Positions 63,736-63,782 of a stretch of DNA of 63,782 bases are shown in pieces (position 1 is the first letter of the stretch; each line of letters begins with the position of its first letter). The position numbers were made by a program, and so were the translations under genes. The notes below the pieces were generated by a model. It was given only the letters and a program-made list of their open reading frames with translations. It made no database searches and was not told the origin of the DNA. This DNA comes from Octopus bimaculoides (taxonomy: Eukaryota), in assembly GCF_001194135.2 (NCBI RefSeq), contig NC_068981.1, positions 186,566,494 to 186,630,275 on the forward strand. Reading direction: 5' to 3'.

Positions 63736-63782
<47 letters not shown>

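Overview
This is AT-rich eukaryotic genomic DNA from a draft assembly, with about 6 kb in 15 N-gaps. The SINE and microsatellite repertoire resembles an octopus or other cephalopod genome (inference, not checked against a database). I see no intact protein-coding gene: almost all ORFs in the track are translations of microsatellites or gaps. The window is dominated by at least four modular tRNA-derived SINE families and by long (TA)n, (CA)n, (GATA)n and triplet microsatellites. It also holds decayed retroelement fragments (CR1-like RT, Tx1/L1-like RT, three RLE-type Dong/R4-like pieces, one Penelope-like piece) and DNA transposon remnants (mariner, Tigger/pogo-like, a hairpin MITE). There are a few isolated exon-like segments and a 5 kb stretch free of repeats. 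The most unusual feature is a ~470 bp fold-back element at 62749-63218. It consists of a tRNA-derived Pol III head, an (AAT)n spacer and a tail with a minimal Penelope-type hammerhead ribozyme motif, duplicated head-to-head around a 3-nt loop.
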